A stretch of 59,178 nucleotides of DNA, counting the filler, from Sphacelaria rigidula (taxonomy: Eukaryota): the NCBI GenBank assembly GCA_964200075.2. It is 7 parts of 7 records of this genome, joined end to end, with 100 filler letters (N's around TTAATTAATTAA, not from the genome) between each part and the next. Parts side by side here need not be neighbours in the genome. Positions count along the whole stretch, not along the records: positions 16,940 to 25,308 come from CAXNAA020011367.1; positions 25,409 to 33,776 come from CAXNAA020011368.1; 5 more parts are not named here. The stretch is one strand, 5' to 3'. Below, one piece after another: positions 22,501 through 33,411 of this stretch. Made by a program: the position numbers and the translations under genes. The notes beneath the pieces were generated by a model, which saw nothing but the letters and a program-made list of their open reading frames with translations, was not told where the DNA came from and did no database searches. Position 1 is the stretch's first letter. The number at the start of each line of letters is the position of its first letter.

Positions 22501-23660
22501 GGCGCGTGAATCTCAGCCAACGAAGCATCAACGGGTAGTCGTGAGCTCACATGGGTCCGATCGACAGATTTAGGTCGTGAGGATCCCGTGGTTGATGATA
22601 ATCTTGATAACAGGGCACGTACGTCATGGACATGAGTAGTACGACCACTATGGTGAACAATGTCGTCACCATCCAAATCCAAATCAGAGGGAACATCTGA
22701 GGTCGAAAGTTCGTCATCAGGGTCTGCAGACGCTGGGACAGAGGACCGATGGTTCGCATTACTATCAAAGTGAACACGATCTGAAGACGCGGAATGTTGA
22801 ACGGCTGTATGAAACGCGGCCGCAAGCGCTTGTGAGAGGGCAGTTGTCGCCGGACCATCAGAAATGACAGCCGGTGATGAACGGAGCAAGTGCTGAAGAG
22901 CCGTGACAAAAGGCAAGTGCTCAGTGTAAGGCTCCACAGAGTGGCTAAGACGCGAGGAGGGTTTTCGGCGCGAGGGCTGGTGAACAGAAGTGGCCTCACG
23001 ATGCATGTCGTGTCGTCGCGGGCGTTGTAAGGCATCGGAACCGTTGTGCGTCGTGCCGAAAATGTCGGAAGGCATGAACGGGTGCCGTTCGTCAACATCG
23101 CGAGCGCGGAGTGACTCAATAACCGCGGTGTGAGCCTGCAGCGGTTTGCGTTTCACAACAGTAGGAACACGTGGCGACTCGTCAGCCATGTTGGAACTCC
23201 TAGACGGTGTGCGGTTTACAACAGAGCGAGCGCGTAGCGATTCGTTGATCATGTTGGACGTCTTGGACGGTGTGCGTTTCACAACAGAGCGAGCGCGTAG
23301 CGACTCGTCGATCATGTTGGAAGTCTTGGACAGTGGACGGTTCGCGACAGAGCGAGCGCGGGGCGACTCGTCGATCATATCGGAAGTCTTGGACGGTGTT
23401 CGTTTCGCAACAGAGCGAGCGCGTAGCGACTCGTCGATCATGTTGGAAGTCTTGGACAGATGCCGGTCGTGGTCACCAGTAGAAGCCAAGTCCCGAGGCG
23501 TATAGTCGCCAGAGTGGAGGGCTGAAGCTCTGTCGGATTTTACTTCTTCGTGCGCAGGGGAAGTAAGAGTTGAAGGCAGTGATGGAAGAAAACGCTGACG
23601 GCGTACACATTTGTGAGAAGGAGGGCCGAAGTGGAGGAGTGTTTCCTTCGGTTGCGTCAT
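19506..23660 (-). CDS. Gag-like polyprotein, 1384 aa
   Basis: Longest ORF in the window. C-terminal CINCNDTDHSMRDC is a C-x2-C-x4-H-x4-C zinc knuckle. It lies upstream of, and in frame with, the protease ORF. Confidence 0.75.
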   Translation of the reverse strand: MTQPKETLLHFGPPSHKCVRRQRFLPSLPSTLTSPAHEEVKSDRASALHSGDYTPRDLASTGDHDRHLSKTSNMIDESLRARSVAKRTPSKTSDMIDESPRARSVANRPLSKTSNMIDESLRARSVVKRTPSKTSNMINESLRARSVVNRTPSRSSNMADESPRVPTVVKRKPLQAHTAVIESLRARDVDERHPFMPSDIFGTTHNGSDALQRPRRHDMHREATSVHQPSRRKPSSRLSHSVEPYTEHLPFVTALQHLLRSSPAVISDGPATTALSQALAAAFHTAVQHSASSDRVHFDSNANHRSSVPASADPDDELSTSDVPSDLDLDGDDIVHHSGRTTHVHDVRALLSRLSSTTGSSRPKSVDRTHVSSRLPVDASLAEIHAPLRDGRSTNRALPHHPDAATVRAVERQIADLRRYLRLASTMANTRAPSTTASVAAAPTTAAADVDTDAESIRVTSPAPRAVETAAADTAATGDTLVTTTLAGSDTSPHDAAATGPAPAPVPTSLTDDRPLLGIEHCPPDLLPRLWLRGPRSDQEQILVEYRALQLGTPPAPPSRRDTADDAATHLLLNDLTARITRQHQAVDSASSRQRAAQQTLTEFPAAFDKMRDSIRRDEQHLRQCTAATATATTTLRFLEQEQHLPLLRTTPAVPAPARPSSTSGSAETRQPSRTYAAAAAPTASPARTPPAPPQVPQASTPTALTPWLRLQGSERSWLSWTLRQLSGKFYRNNAFRASEQAWRSLTLPINSVIAPFLQQGGQLPNNDPGALTIERLVLYLTIGTGDTRPTYETTVAALFNAMRATHNTLTPDDDDDWITPHSSHHRRDDDDFDDDQLGAETCRGRGAHRKNTTGRRTIRGSHKRSGNQPSSSSTSRYRQYASTRSARPSPAVRQVTPPLADESARLLGLTDSSDSDNPARPLSSTSARSLAAAAAAKQQAAANKAASDTRREASRVAAIKREYLQMDVKKLWHIKTMPAADNEDSVQFTSALISSMRRTMRNILELADATGQQRFEDPDWIDGWRAPLHKALHRSISLRYPDIAASLTQIIVSFVHAMDQDCAGGRTAPLLLGNLERLIISCFDKSDQAGAIKRLSSFAVETDVPFADYRDFKLLVSSVTGTGRQNDPSDAMCQMYVPNSIAQQFPTLMPSLFPGALAHKEVPYDAMGTAFVDHEHNLTPAIRGTQCSSGSSQTWRAASTRTFGSRGRTHTLSSITWTPNSVGGSVMSVHSKKDPFRASFDAWSYSAEPFDGVYVVSTTAFITDDPHLWNPLLSPSARKDAFRRHANTCINCNDTDHSMRDCPEPCINTFSLMNPELQSNGPTWRRWQKRMCEYRTPSRHHRQSYHHSNSRSNRDRRHTTTTVSGTRRRDSSFRPSQSLHGHY
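23095..23460 (-). repeat. 63-bp in-frame tandem repeat (~5-6 units) in the Gag-like ORF
   Basis: Encodes SKTSNMIDESLRARSVAKRTP-type 21-aa units. Confidence 0.9.
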
Positions 23661-24499
23661 ATTAAATTGAAGAGGTAGAAATGGACGCTAGACACCAGAG
23701 TACAAGAGTCTGGTGAGATAATAACAGGTAGCGAAAGCTCGGCAGGAAATTCCAAGTGCCGAAAAATTGAGCAGTAAAGACTACAAAATTTATAAATGTG
23801 GGTACATCAAAGTACAGTAAACTGCTGTGATAATAACAGTCAGCGTAATCTCGGCAATTTCCAAGTACCAAGAAGGTAGACAGCAAAGCAAAAAGGTGAA
23901 GAACTGAAGCCAAACGCCAAAGAGGGAGGAACTGCGGCAGGAATACGATATCTGTAAAGGAAACCGTGTATGGGAGACCGCAGGAAGGCGCAATGAGGGT
24001 GTACTACAAATATTAATAGTCGCAAATGAGCAAACTCGCAGACAAAACCAATAGTTGCCGAAAGAAAGGTAGGCTGTGCGAAAGCAAAACCTAAGAATGA
24101 GGCGACTGTGAAAGAAGCCACACGTCCGGACAGATGTCTGATGGGCGCACTGTGCGCCTCAAATATAACAGGGGTACTTCAGTGGTGCAAGTAGGACACC
24201 GCGCACAGGAGGTGTAGAAAAACACAACTCGAGATCGCGAAGGTAGACACCAAGACTAGTGTAGATGACGTTGCCAAAGGGAAGGCAATGAGTAAAGAGT
24301 TGTGAAATTTAGCCGAGAAAAAGAATCAAAAACGCGGCAGCGAGGATGCCAAACACTGTATTAAAGTGTAGGGCTCCAAGAGAAAACAGTCGTAGAAGCC
24401 GATTGAAACACTAATGTTGGTGCAGATCAGGCGCCAAACTGAAAATAATATAGGGGGATACTGAATGTCGAAACAAAACAAAAAATGTAAATCGTAAAA

Positions 24500-24752
24500 C
24501 GAACCAGGTAGTACACCGCCAAAGAGGAAAAGGTGGATCACGTAGGATACGACCAAAGGGTGGATCACGCAGTACAGAACCAAAAAAGAAACATGTGGTA
24601 CGTAGTACACACGCGAAATATGAAAAATGTATCATGCAGTGCTCACACAAAAGATGAAAAGTGTGTCGCGTAACACACGAAACCCAAAGATGAAAAGTGG
24701 ATCCCGTAGTACACACCCAAAAAGATGGAAAGTGGATCGCGGAGTACACACC
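24500..24752. repeat. Degenerate tandem repeats in the retrotransposon leader
   Basis: Recurring GTGGATC(A/C/G)CG(T/C/G)AG(T/G)A.. and AAAGATG(A/G)AAAGTG units. Confidence 0.65.
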
Positions 24753-24903
24753 CGGCCGGAAGTTTGAAAGCGGGGCTGGGGTGTTGTATACATCTGAGGG
24801 AGGGTGCGGTGACAGAAGTACATTACCGATACTAGTGAGTAATCGTGTTATGGTAGGTTGTCGCCCAGGAGAACAGATAACAGCCGATTTCAAATTCCGG
24901 GGT

Positions 24904-25011
24904 TTAACCGTTAGACCGCGAGATCAGTCTTGCTGGATCATGCATACTTTTTTTCAGTTGAAATCGATGCCGATTCAACAGACGACTAACCTCGCGCGGT
25001 CTAAGGGTTAA
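24904..25011. mobile_element. piggyBac-like (TTAA) MITE family A, copy 1
   Basis: TTAACCGTTAGACCGCG ... CGCGGTCTAAGGGTTAA. Homologous to 25113-25224 (inverted) and 36109-36214. Confidence 0.8.
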
Positions 25012-25112
25012 CACTAAAATGGGGCTGAAGTCGCATTTTTCTATTGCAGGGAAGATACGAAAGAGTAACACAGAGCGAAAGTATCTTCCCCCCCCAAACT
25101 CCGCGGGAGGAC

Positions 25113-25224
25113 TTGACCGTCAGACCGCGAGAGTAGGTCACCTGCTGAATCGGCATCAACATTCATTTGGAAAAAGTACACGCGTGGTCCAGATGGACTG
25201 CGGGCACCGCGGTCCAAGGGTTAA
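25113..25224. mobile_element. piggyBac-like (TTAA) MITE family A, copy 2 (opposite orientation)
   Basis: TTGACCGTCAGACCGCG ... CGCGGTCCAAGGGTTAA. Internal GAATCGGCATC is the reverse complement of GATGCCGATTC in copy 1. Confidence 0.75.
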
Positions 25225-25308
25225 GCAACTCTGGCTAGGTGCACCAAACGAAATGCGGTGTACACGCGTGTCGATGACGATATCACCAGAGAGAGAAGCA
25301 ACGACAGA

Positions 25309-25408
25309 NNNNNNNNNNNNNNNNNNNNNNNNNNNNNNNNNNNNNNNNNNNNTTAATTAATTAANNNNNNNNNNNNNNNNNNNNNNNNNNNNNNNNNNNN
25401 NNNNNNNN
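25309..25408. other. Artificial contig-joining spacer
   Basis: Same 100-bp spacer. Confidence 0.98.
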
Positions 25409-26691
25409 ACGGACTGAACCCCTGCCTGCTGGAACGGGCGAGACGGTCGGGGCGGGGGGGGTGTGGGGGGGGGGGGCATATACCCATAATAATATTGCAC
25501 GCCATGGTCATAAAACTGTTGACTTTGCGGATGGGTATTCATGTATAACGGTACGCACTACAACAGAATGAGGATCAAAATTCGTTGCTGCTTGTACACG
25601 GTGTTTAGGTCAAAACTCTAGATACCCGGAATAAAAAAAAAACGAAAACAAGGGTTCCTACTAACAGTCTATCAACACCATAAAATCACCACACAGCACA
25701 ACACCATCACAGCTTTCGCTTCCGATCATCTTACATCCGTTCAGTAAAAGACCTTCAACCATAAGCTTGTTCACGTCTGATTTATTATTTTTTTTGAAGA
25801 TACAACAGAAAATTGAACGGAAAAACAAAAAGGACTCGGACAATAAAAAGATACAATACATAACATAAACACAATTCTCACTTTTTGTCGCCATTTCAAG
25901 GTTCGGGGGAATTAGCTACTCATCAGGGGAACTACTTGATTCCAGTGCAATTGATTCGTACGGTACGAATCAATCATTAAGCTTTGTTTACTGCCTTGCG
26001 CTCAAGGCACGCGCACACGAGGCACGTAAAATGGCGCAAAAAATGCGTCAAGACCTTGTTGACTGGCGGTCAACTTTCTTCTCTTTCGAGCAATAAGTCC
26101 TGAAACATCGTGGATTGAGTGATTCGAACCGGCGATGATTCGTCCGAGGCTTGGATCGTTTTACTGGTGACGAGAAGAAAAAAACGTGCTGATCTGTGCC
26201 TGGCATCTTATATCACCACGGCCCAGATATCTTGGAGATTACTTCATAACGCGCGAGACTCAACCGATGTGAAGGGAACAACAAATCACACACACGCACA
26301 CACACTAACGACGACAATCGAACACAAATGAAGCCAGCACAACATTTCTTCTTTTTTTCCTTCCGTTGAGAACACCATGGTCCCATAATCCCACGGAAAA
26401 TCAGCAACCGTAAGGCCTGAGCTTGTGCTCTGGTGTTGGGAGTCTAGGTTCGTGGATGTAATATGAATGGTTAGCACACACAAACACAAGCAACACACAC
26501 GAACACGCACTCACACAGCTTGCTTAGGGGTTGTGAGTGATGTATCCTTGGTACCGCGTCAGTCACAGCAAGCAGCCCGATAAATGGGGGAAAACGCCGC
26601 CACGAAAGTTGCTCAGGGGACCCGAATTGCAGAAGCCCAAGAACGTCAGGAACGTGCTCTTTACACTATTTTTTCTCACGCGACTCTTCAC

Positions 26692-26808
26692 CTGCTGTAT
26701 CGTTCGCCCCGCCCCCATCCCTCCGCCATATAAGGACGCCTTCCCCACAGTCGTCGCGCCAGCCGCCGCGCCCGCCGTCGCCGCAGCGCCCGCCACTTGC
26801 TGGCCTTG
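26692..26808 (-). CDS. Gly/Ala/Gln-rich protein, putative exon 5 of 5 seen
   Basis: tttcag|CAAGGCCAG...CAGCAG|gtgaag. 39 codons, phase 0/0, QGQQVAGAAATAGAAAGATTVGKASLYGGGMGAGRTIQQ. Confidence 0.6.
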
Positions 26809-28436
26809 CTGAAACGGTGCCGCCTGAGTGAGGTTTTTTTGTTTTCGATTTTTCGATTTGCAAGGTGACGTGTTTCAAGTAAGTTAATACTCTGGTGTAG
26901 GAGGCAAGTCAAGATTGGTTGCCCTTCGCTCCAGGCTGTGTGCTTTGTCGTAGTTATCACCGTAGTCGGCGTTCAAACGCAGGATTGATTTACTTAAAAG
27001 AAATCGGGACAGTTTCCGAAAAATCACCGCGTTCCATTCTAGCACTTGGAAGCTCTGGAATCGCTCTGGGACAAAAAGGCTCCTCTCGTTCCTGTATAAC
27101 CTGGGACACTCGAGAGCCGTGGTATTTGCGAGTCTCGGCACACGCGACTCAAATCGTTCGAGTGTGGACCTCAAGTGACTCTCAAGGCAGCTGACGACAC
27201 ATTCCGACCGACCTTGTTTTTTTGTATTCCTCACTGAAATACTCATCAACATAGTTGGGTTGGTCGTATCCCGGTCGATTTTGTGGATGATCATTTATCA
27301 GTTAAATTGGGGTTGATCATATCCCAGCCGGAAACGAAAAAAATCACGGGTCGGTCGGCATGTGTCGTCGATTAGCCAGACGAACAACATTCAACTTCAC
27401 ATGATGACCGCAAAAATTGAGTCGCACGTGGTGATACTTGTGTATATTTGCACCAAGATCGCTCTGCACACCGACCTACATACAATATTAGCATTCTTGC
27501 AACTGTAACTTTGAACGACGATGTATGACGGAATGAGCTGTTCACTGATTGTTGCCTCAATAGTTACTCATGACTTCCTGCCAAGTGATGACGGTTCGTT
27601 CTTCCGGGATTGTTTTCTTACTACACCCCGCAAGTATCATTGCAACACGCACCCCATGTAGTATTGGACAACGGCGTAGAAAAAAAAACGAGGGATGAAA
27701 ACGCTCGGAGTTGAAGACACAGTATTTTTGTACCGAGATCTAACAGTGAGCAAGCACACCGTACACACTGCAAAAAAACGTCGATATATATATATATATA
27801 TATATATTGCAGTTCACCGACACTTACGTAGGTGCCAGGAAACTCAATCTAGACGAAGACTAAACGCAATAGACGCCTTGGCCTCTCTCGTCTACATTCG
27901 CCCATGATACGAAGCAGATTTCGGGGCACTCATCTTCACCGTATGAAATCAAGACACAGTATATGTGTGAGTGTGCGCGCGTGGGTGTACTTCAACACTA
28001 AACGTACACACACATGTAGACAACATGCAACACATTTTATCCTGGCACGCAAAATCATGAACCGCTTACAGCAATCGATGAACCCAACACAGGAATACAG
28101 TGAGTACATCGCCCATATCAGCTGTCGTGAGATTCAGTAGCATGAAATTGGATAGCAAAAATGACCGGCGGGGTAACGGGATAACGGAAACGGAAACGGA
28201 CAACTTCAGGTGCACGTACAAGTATATTCGACCCCCACACTTGCCATGAGCAAACCTTCCGTACGCTCGAGGCACCCAACCCCCACACACATGACTGCCG
28301 CGCGGCGGTCTAGCAAAGCCTCCAGGTAATCGGCACACGAAACTACTTGCGGGGTAAGTGTTGGGTGAGGTTTCCCTCCTCCCTTCAAGCAAGAAAAGTA
28401 AAAGCACATGCACAAAGACAAGTAAAAAACACTTAC

Positions 28437-28680
28437 CGTGGCACCCCCCGCCCCTCCTGCCACCGCTGCACGCGCGGCGTTGGCAGAAATCATCTGTTGA
28501 TGCGCAAGTGACGCCGCACCCCTGGATCCGTTCATGGGTATGACGGCATTCGGATTCCCACCAATCGCCGAGCCGCCTGACCCCCCCCCGCTAGCTCCAG
28601 CGCCGGCACTCGCCTGTGCTCCCAACAGATTAGCCCCGCTAGCCTGGCGTTTGGGTCCTCCCGCTCCGCCAGCCTTGGTG
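28437..28680 (-). CDS. Gly/Ala/Gln-rich protein, exon 4
   Basis: Pyrimidine-rich acceptor ccccttctccag|C ACC AAG and donor GCCACG|gtaagt. Phase 2/0 matches the upstream poly-Q exon. Confidence 0.75.
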
Positions 28681-29340
28681 CTGGAGAAGGGGCGAATGAG
28701 GAGAGGGTGAGGAGCAACAACGACAAAAATGGGCACGCACGAGACACGAGGCGGTTAGAGGACTGTGTATACTTCGGTATATTTAAGATGGGCGACCGTG
28801 AGACGATGGGGAAGGACAAGGAGATTCGCGGTGAGTGATACTTGATCTCTTGTATCTCTCCCTCTCTCCCTTTCCCCTTGACGTTGAGATGACAATACGA
28901 ATGCCTTCAAGAAGCAAAGGCGAATACTTGGCAACAAAACATGAACAAGAAAAAGTATTTGCGTTACCGCCTCGTACCATGAAACAAACGTGCCATGTGA
29001 CCAATTGGCCTGCCGTTTTACATCATGTCTGACCGCGTTCATCCAGACGCTGGCTTTCACCACCTGATGGTTGGTGCCTGGTTATCTGCGTTCATCTCAG
29101 TCACGTGGTGTTCATGGGTCACGTACAAACGAATCGTCAGCCTAAAAATTCGATACGACGCAGGTGGACGGTAAAGTTGCATGTGTTGGCATGCGCACCA
29201 AACATTTTCACAGAAGGAACACACAAATGATGCAAACATGAGCGAACACACACCCACGCATCTCTCACCACTTCCGTGACACTTCGTGTATTCAAAACAA
29301 AAAAAACACCACAGCAATGTCCAGACCTGCAGTCAGGTAC

Positions 29341-30363
29341 TACAGTAGCTTACAGCTGACGTACGTGAAGGATTTTTGTAACTCTTTCAAAGTCGGCGAT
29401 ATACAAAAACATTTTCGCGTGCCATCGCTCATACCGGTGAGCGCTCGATCTCAAAGTTTAGGGATCGGGATACACTAGGCATCCGCACCACATTCCGACA
29501 CATAATCATCTCTTGCACTTTCGAAAGAAGGGATTACGGGCTGACGGTTTTCGGGGGGTCCAGCGACTACTCAGCCCCGAGTTTTGACCCTATGTTTTCA
29601 CTCGATTGAAGCAACCCCAATCATTTTCGTGAACAAGTGAAAGGGTAAACTTCTTCCATTTTCACTTACTCGTTGCGCAAGAGCCGAAAAATCAATTTTT
29701 GGGGGACCAGTGACGGTCAATAACACCCCCTGACAAACGCGGTACTTACTCCCCGTTACCCCGACAACACCAATTGAGGAGTGTGCCCTAAGGACGACTT
29801 GCTTCTTTTCCCAGTATCTACCGTCGCTAGGCCTTTCGAATGCTGAGGAAAAGCACCACATGATAAAATTTAGAAAAGTACCCAAAAACGGAAATTGCGG
29901 AACCGAGCTACCCATGGCACAGGGAGGGGGGTACTCATTTGCTGCTTGCCTCAGTCATTTGACCATTGACCACGCATCCCTTTCGAGACAGAGCACCGTT
30001 CCTACTCCTAATAGAGACACCTTCACAGGGATGGGGTGAAGTAATCCCGACGGTTCTCGTGAATAAGTTTACATACCCTTATTTTATAGATTTACAATTT
30101 ACCCAGTCATTGCGCTAGAGCCGAAAAGAACGGACCAAAGCCGATCAATAACATCCCCTGTAAATTCAGCCCGTAAGTCACTCATGAGTGCAGAGATGAT
30201 TCTTGTTTCGGAAAGCGGAGCGGATGCCTAGTACCTCCCGATCTCCAAACTGCGGGATCAAGTGTTCACTGGGATAAGCGGTGGCACTCAACAAAACTAT
30301 TAAAAATCACCGATTACGAATAAAAATGAAGAAAATACGCTGTTGCAGCCGAAAACTACCGTA
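29341..30363. mobile_element. TA-flanked element with ~200-bp degenerate TIRs (Tc1/mariner-like MITE), intronic
   Basis: TACAGTAG... / ...CTACCGTA ends. 29420-29560 is the reverse complement of about 30150-30290 (e.g. CTAGGCATCCGC / GCGGATGCCTAG). Confidence 0.6.
29925..30027 (+). repeat. Dispersed repeat also present at about 50500-50660 and, inverted, at 42630-42720
   Basis: Shared GACCATTGACCACGCATCCCTTTCGAGAC.GAGCACCGTTCCTACTCCTAATAGAGACACCT. Confidence 0.8.
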
Positions 30364-30861
30364 CACCGAACTAGCGACATATGTGAATGTGTTGGTACTC
30401 TGAAACCAAGAACCAAGTGATTTTGGGCTCATTTTCGATAGTAAGAGCCCAGTCGCAGAACAGAAAACGCATCCTCAAATTGCAAATGAACGGAACCGGT
30501 ATATAGCGTCAAATGTCAGCGAAACCTAGTCCCGACTTTGATCTTCGGATCAGCACTGCATGTGTGAGCCAGTACAGGGTCGGACGAGGTAATGATTCGT
30601 CTGGAAATCACTCGATATCAATTCAAGTGTAAATGAATCGTACCGTACGAACCAATTTTTAGGCTTTGTTTTCAGCGTTGCAACCCAGATAAGCGCTGCA
30701 CCCCAGGCACGGGGAACGGCGCAAAAACTGCGTGGTGACTTTCTTGACCAGCTCATAGTTTTCCCCCTCTTTCGAGCGATCAGGCCTGAAAAATCATTGA
30801 TTCCGTTATTCGACCCGACAATGATGATTCGTTCGAACCGTGGTGTGCTGGCAGCCACACC

Positions 30862-31050
30862 ATTTACCGTTCAGTATACGTGGACGCATCAGCCGGGGTC
30901 ACTCACACAGGAGGAAGATCACCACATCAGCTTTTACTTTGAAAAATTGTTCTAGTGCTCTACCTTCCTTTTGCAGTGTTTGCCTTTTATCTCACTATCG
31001 TAAGGGAGTTCAGCGGTCCCTGTTCCTCGACGACCGTGAAATTCAATTTT
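30862..31050 (-). mobile_element. tRNA-derived SINE fragment, intronic
   Basis: GTATACGTGGACGCATCAGCCGGGGTCAC...CCTCGACGACCGTGAAATT homologous to the other copies. Confidence 0.7.
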
Positions 31051-31548
31051 ATTTTATTTTGGACTCGAAGATCTAAAGTATAAACGTGGTGGACGGATAG
31101 AGCAGTGGGTGACTGCACACACACGACACTCTTTTTTGGTCGCCCTTGCATAGCGTAACCGATTTCGTCCGTATACGTGGTGGGGAGGGGGGACGGGGGG
31201 GAAACTGTTTTTACCCCTGAATACTCTCAATAAATATGAACACAGGGGGGTGGTGCCTGCGAGGGCGGGTGGTCTGGCATCATGTTGCATCCGAAAAAAA
31301 TCCCGGGGATACCCACACACGCGGTGCTTTTCTCGCAAAAAACAACACAACGCGAATAAAAAAAAACAGATGAAGCAATAATCGATCCTTGTAGCGAGCA
31401 GAATACCGCAAACCGACCACCCACATTCCACTGTGGTGAGTTATACTATCTCTTGAGAAAAGGAAGAGAAATAGAAAAAGGAGAGACCAAGCAAGGAAAA
31501 ACCCTCCACGTATAGAAGTACGTGAGTACGTATGCACCCTTGTTGTAC

Positions 31549-31605
31549 CTTCCGGGGCGGCGGCCTCTGTTGTTCGCGTCGGCTGCCTGCGCGCTGGGGA
31601 ACTGC

Positions 31606-31658
<53 letters not shown>

Positions 31659-31683
31659 TTGTTGCTGCTGCTGCTGCTGCTGC

Positions 31684-31749
<66 letters not shown>

Positions 31750-31772
31750 TGGGGATCCAACGACCCAGACGT
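31549..31772 (-). CDS. Gly/Ala/Gln-rich protein, exon 3 with 48-Gln tract
   Basis: ttttag|ACG TCT GGG... encodes TSGSLDPQK(Q)48FPSAQAADANNRGRRPG, then AG|gtacaa. Phase 0/2 joins exon 4 to form AGC. Confidence 0.7.
31602..31745 (-). repeat. Mixed CAG/CAA trinucleotide repeat (48 codons)
   Basis: Variation only at the synonymous third position of the Gln codons. Confidence 0.95.
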
Positions 31773-33083
31773 CTAAAACCGTTGACATTTTTGCAATGTG
31801 TGTTGCCCCCCGGTGTTGTGGTTATTCAATCAAAATATACAGAGAGAAAGGTGACCACGAGAGAGAAGGGGAGAGGAAGAGGAAGCAAGGCAGGTTGGAC
31901 GGGCCGGATGAACGAACGGGCGAGAGAGCACACAAGAAAAAAAAAAGAGTGAACAACAGACAATTTTCAGTTTTCGGGATATTCTTGGCCATGCGCTAGG
32001 AGTGGTGTATCTCCAAGTTCTAGTGACCCCTCATTGAATATAAAAATATTCCAGTTCCTCCTTCTCTCTCCCCGCCCCTCCCCCCTCTCCTTTTTTTGGT
32101 CTCATGAAAAATCTTACACACTAGTCCACAAGGACCATCAGAGCGGCAGGAAACCCTCGGCAAGCAAATGCATCTGCTGTGGGATTGATCCAGCGTACAG
32201 AGATAAGTCGATAGGGGAACTGATATAATTTTACCCACCCCCATGGGGTGTGGCGCGATCTCCGGCCAACTCCACGGTTTGACAGCTTTATTGTTTAGAT
32301 CATCGCCGCATCAGCACATCAGTTCGATTTTTTCGACTTGCAGTCAAAACGCGCCACTATATGAAAAGCCGTCAACACCCTTGCACCGAGTCCAGCAGCA
32401 TATTCTCAACACGTGATCCAACCTCAGTTTCGGAAGCCTGGCTACGTTCGACAGCCTAATTACTAGGATTTGAAGTACCTAACCCCTACTCCCCCGCTCC
32501 CTCCCCTCCACTCCCAAAGGCAGAGTTGGACTGTTGGAATAAACAGCGGGTGCGACGCAGTTTTGCATCTTCATGCCACCCCTTGCCACTCCAATAATTG
32601 ATTGTTCGCAGTTTTCTACTGAAGAAAAGATAACAAACGATTGCAGCTCGACATGCCCAACGGCCTTCAGCTCTGATTGACCCATGTGTATTAATTCTAG
32701 CATGTGTGCGTGTAAGATTGAGGTATCCGGTCGGATCGGCGATTCTCTCATGTTAATGTTCAACCACTTTTCTGCGGCGGTGCACAGTCTTCACCCATGC
32801 GGGACACAATTGGCAAAATATCACTCCCCCCGCCCCCCGCCCCCCCAACATTGATGACTTCCCCTTGTTTCGCCGTACATGTGGAGAGCGATCAAAAGAC
32901 ATTATTTATGTAGCTGTACCAAGAACAGTAGAAAAACAAGTACACCTTCTCCACCACTTGTGAAAAATGACTCAACATCAGATTTCGTTTCGAGAAAGTT
33001 TTATTAATCGGAGAACAAGACGTTCATATTTTTCTCCTTCCTGGATGTATGTATCATGACGCTAGCATGTGCGTAACTCTCAC

Positions 33084-33152
33084 CTGTCGTACCAGCCCAG
33101 ACTGCGCACCAGACTGCAACATTTGTTGCTGTTGCTTCTGTCGGTGACGAGC
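33084..33152 (-). CDS. Gly/Ala/Gln-rich protein, exon 2
   Basis: gtacag|GCTCGT...CGACAG|gtgaga. Encodes ARHRQKQQQQMLQSGAQSGLVRQ, phase 0/0. Confidence 0.7.
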
Positions 33153-33411
33153 CTGTACACACACATAGCCAAAACACCGCAAAAACATATCAAACAAACG
33201 CACGGAAAAACACACGCACACGAAGCAAAGACATTTTTTCAGTCAAAACCCACAAGCATGCGCTAGCAAAAACAAGAAAAGATCCACGCAAGCATCACAC
33301 AAAAACACAAATACAACCAACGTGAAACGATCGTGAATTAGTCCTCGGACTGCAGCACCGGGTGTGTTTTTGTGACACATCATCAGCCACCTCCCGGAAG
33401 GAAAGACAAAC

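Larger units (their letters stand above)
16940..24890 (-). mobile_element. Ty3/gypsy-type LTR retrotransposon, internal part, truncated by contig end
   Basis: Order on the minus strand is long leader, Gag-like ORF with CCHC knuckle, retropepsin, RT N-terminus. RT following protease without an intervening integrase is the gypsy order. LTRs were not identifiable, so the 5' boundary is approximate. Confidence 0.85.

Noticed and set aside
23095..23460. CRISPR-like array
   Set aside because: The units are contiguous, in frame and coding, with no unique spacers, no cas genes, and a eukaryotic context.
24500..24752. CRISPR-like repeat-spacer pattern in the retroelement leader
   Set aside because: The repeats are short, degenerate and irregularly spaced, and the intervening sequences resemble each other.
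31441..31999. Poly-Ala, poly-Cys, poly-Leu and poly-Thr ORFs in the ORF track
   Set aside because: These are shadow frames of the CAG/CAA repeat. Only the poly-Gln frame has matching splice sites and phases.
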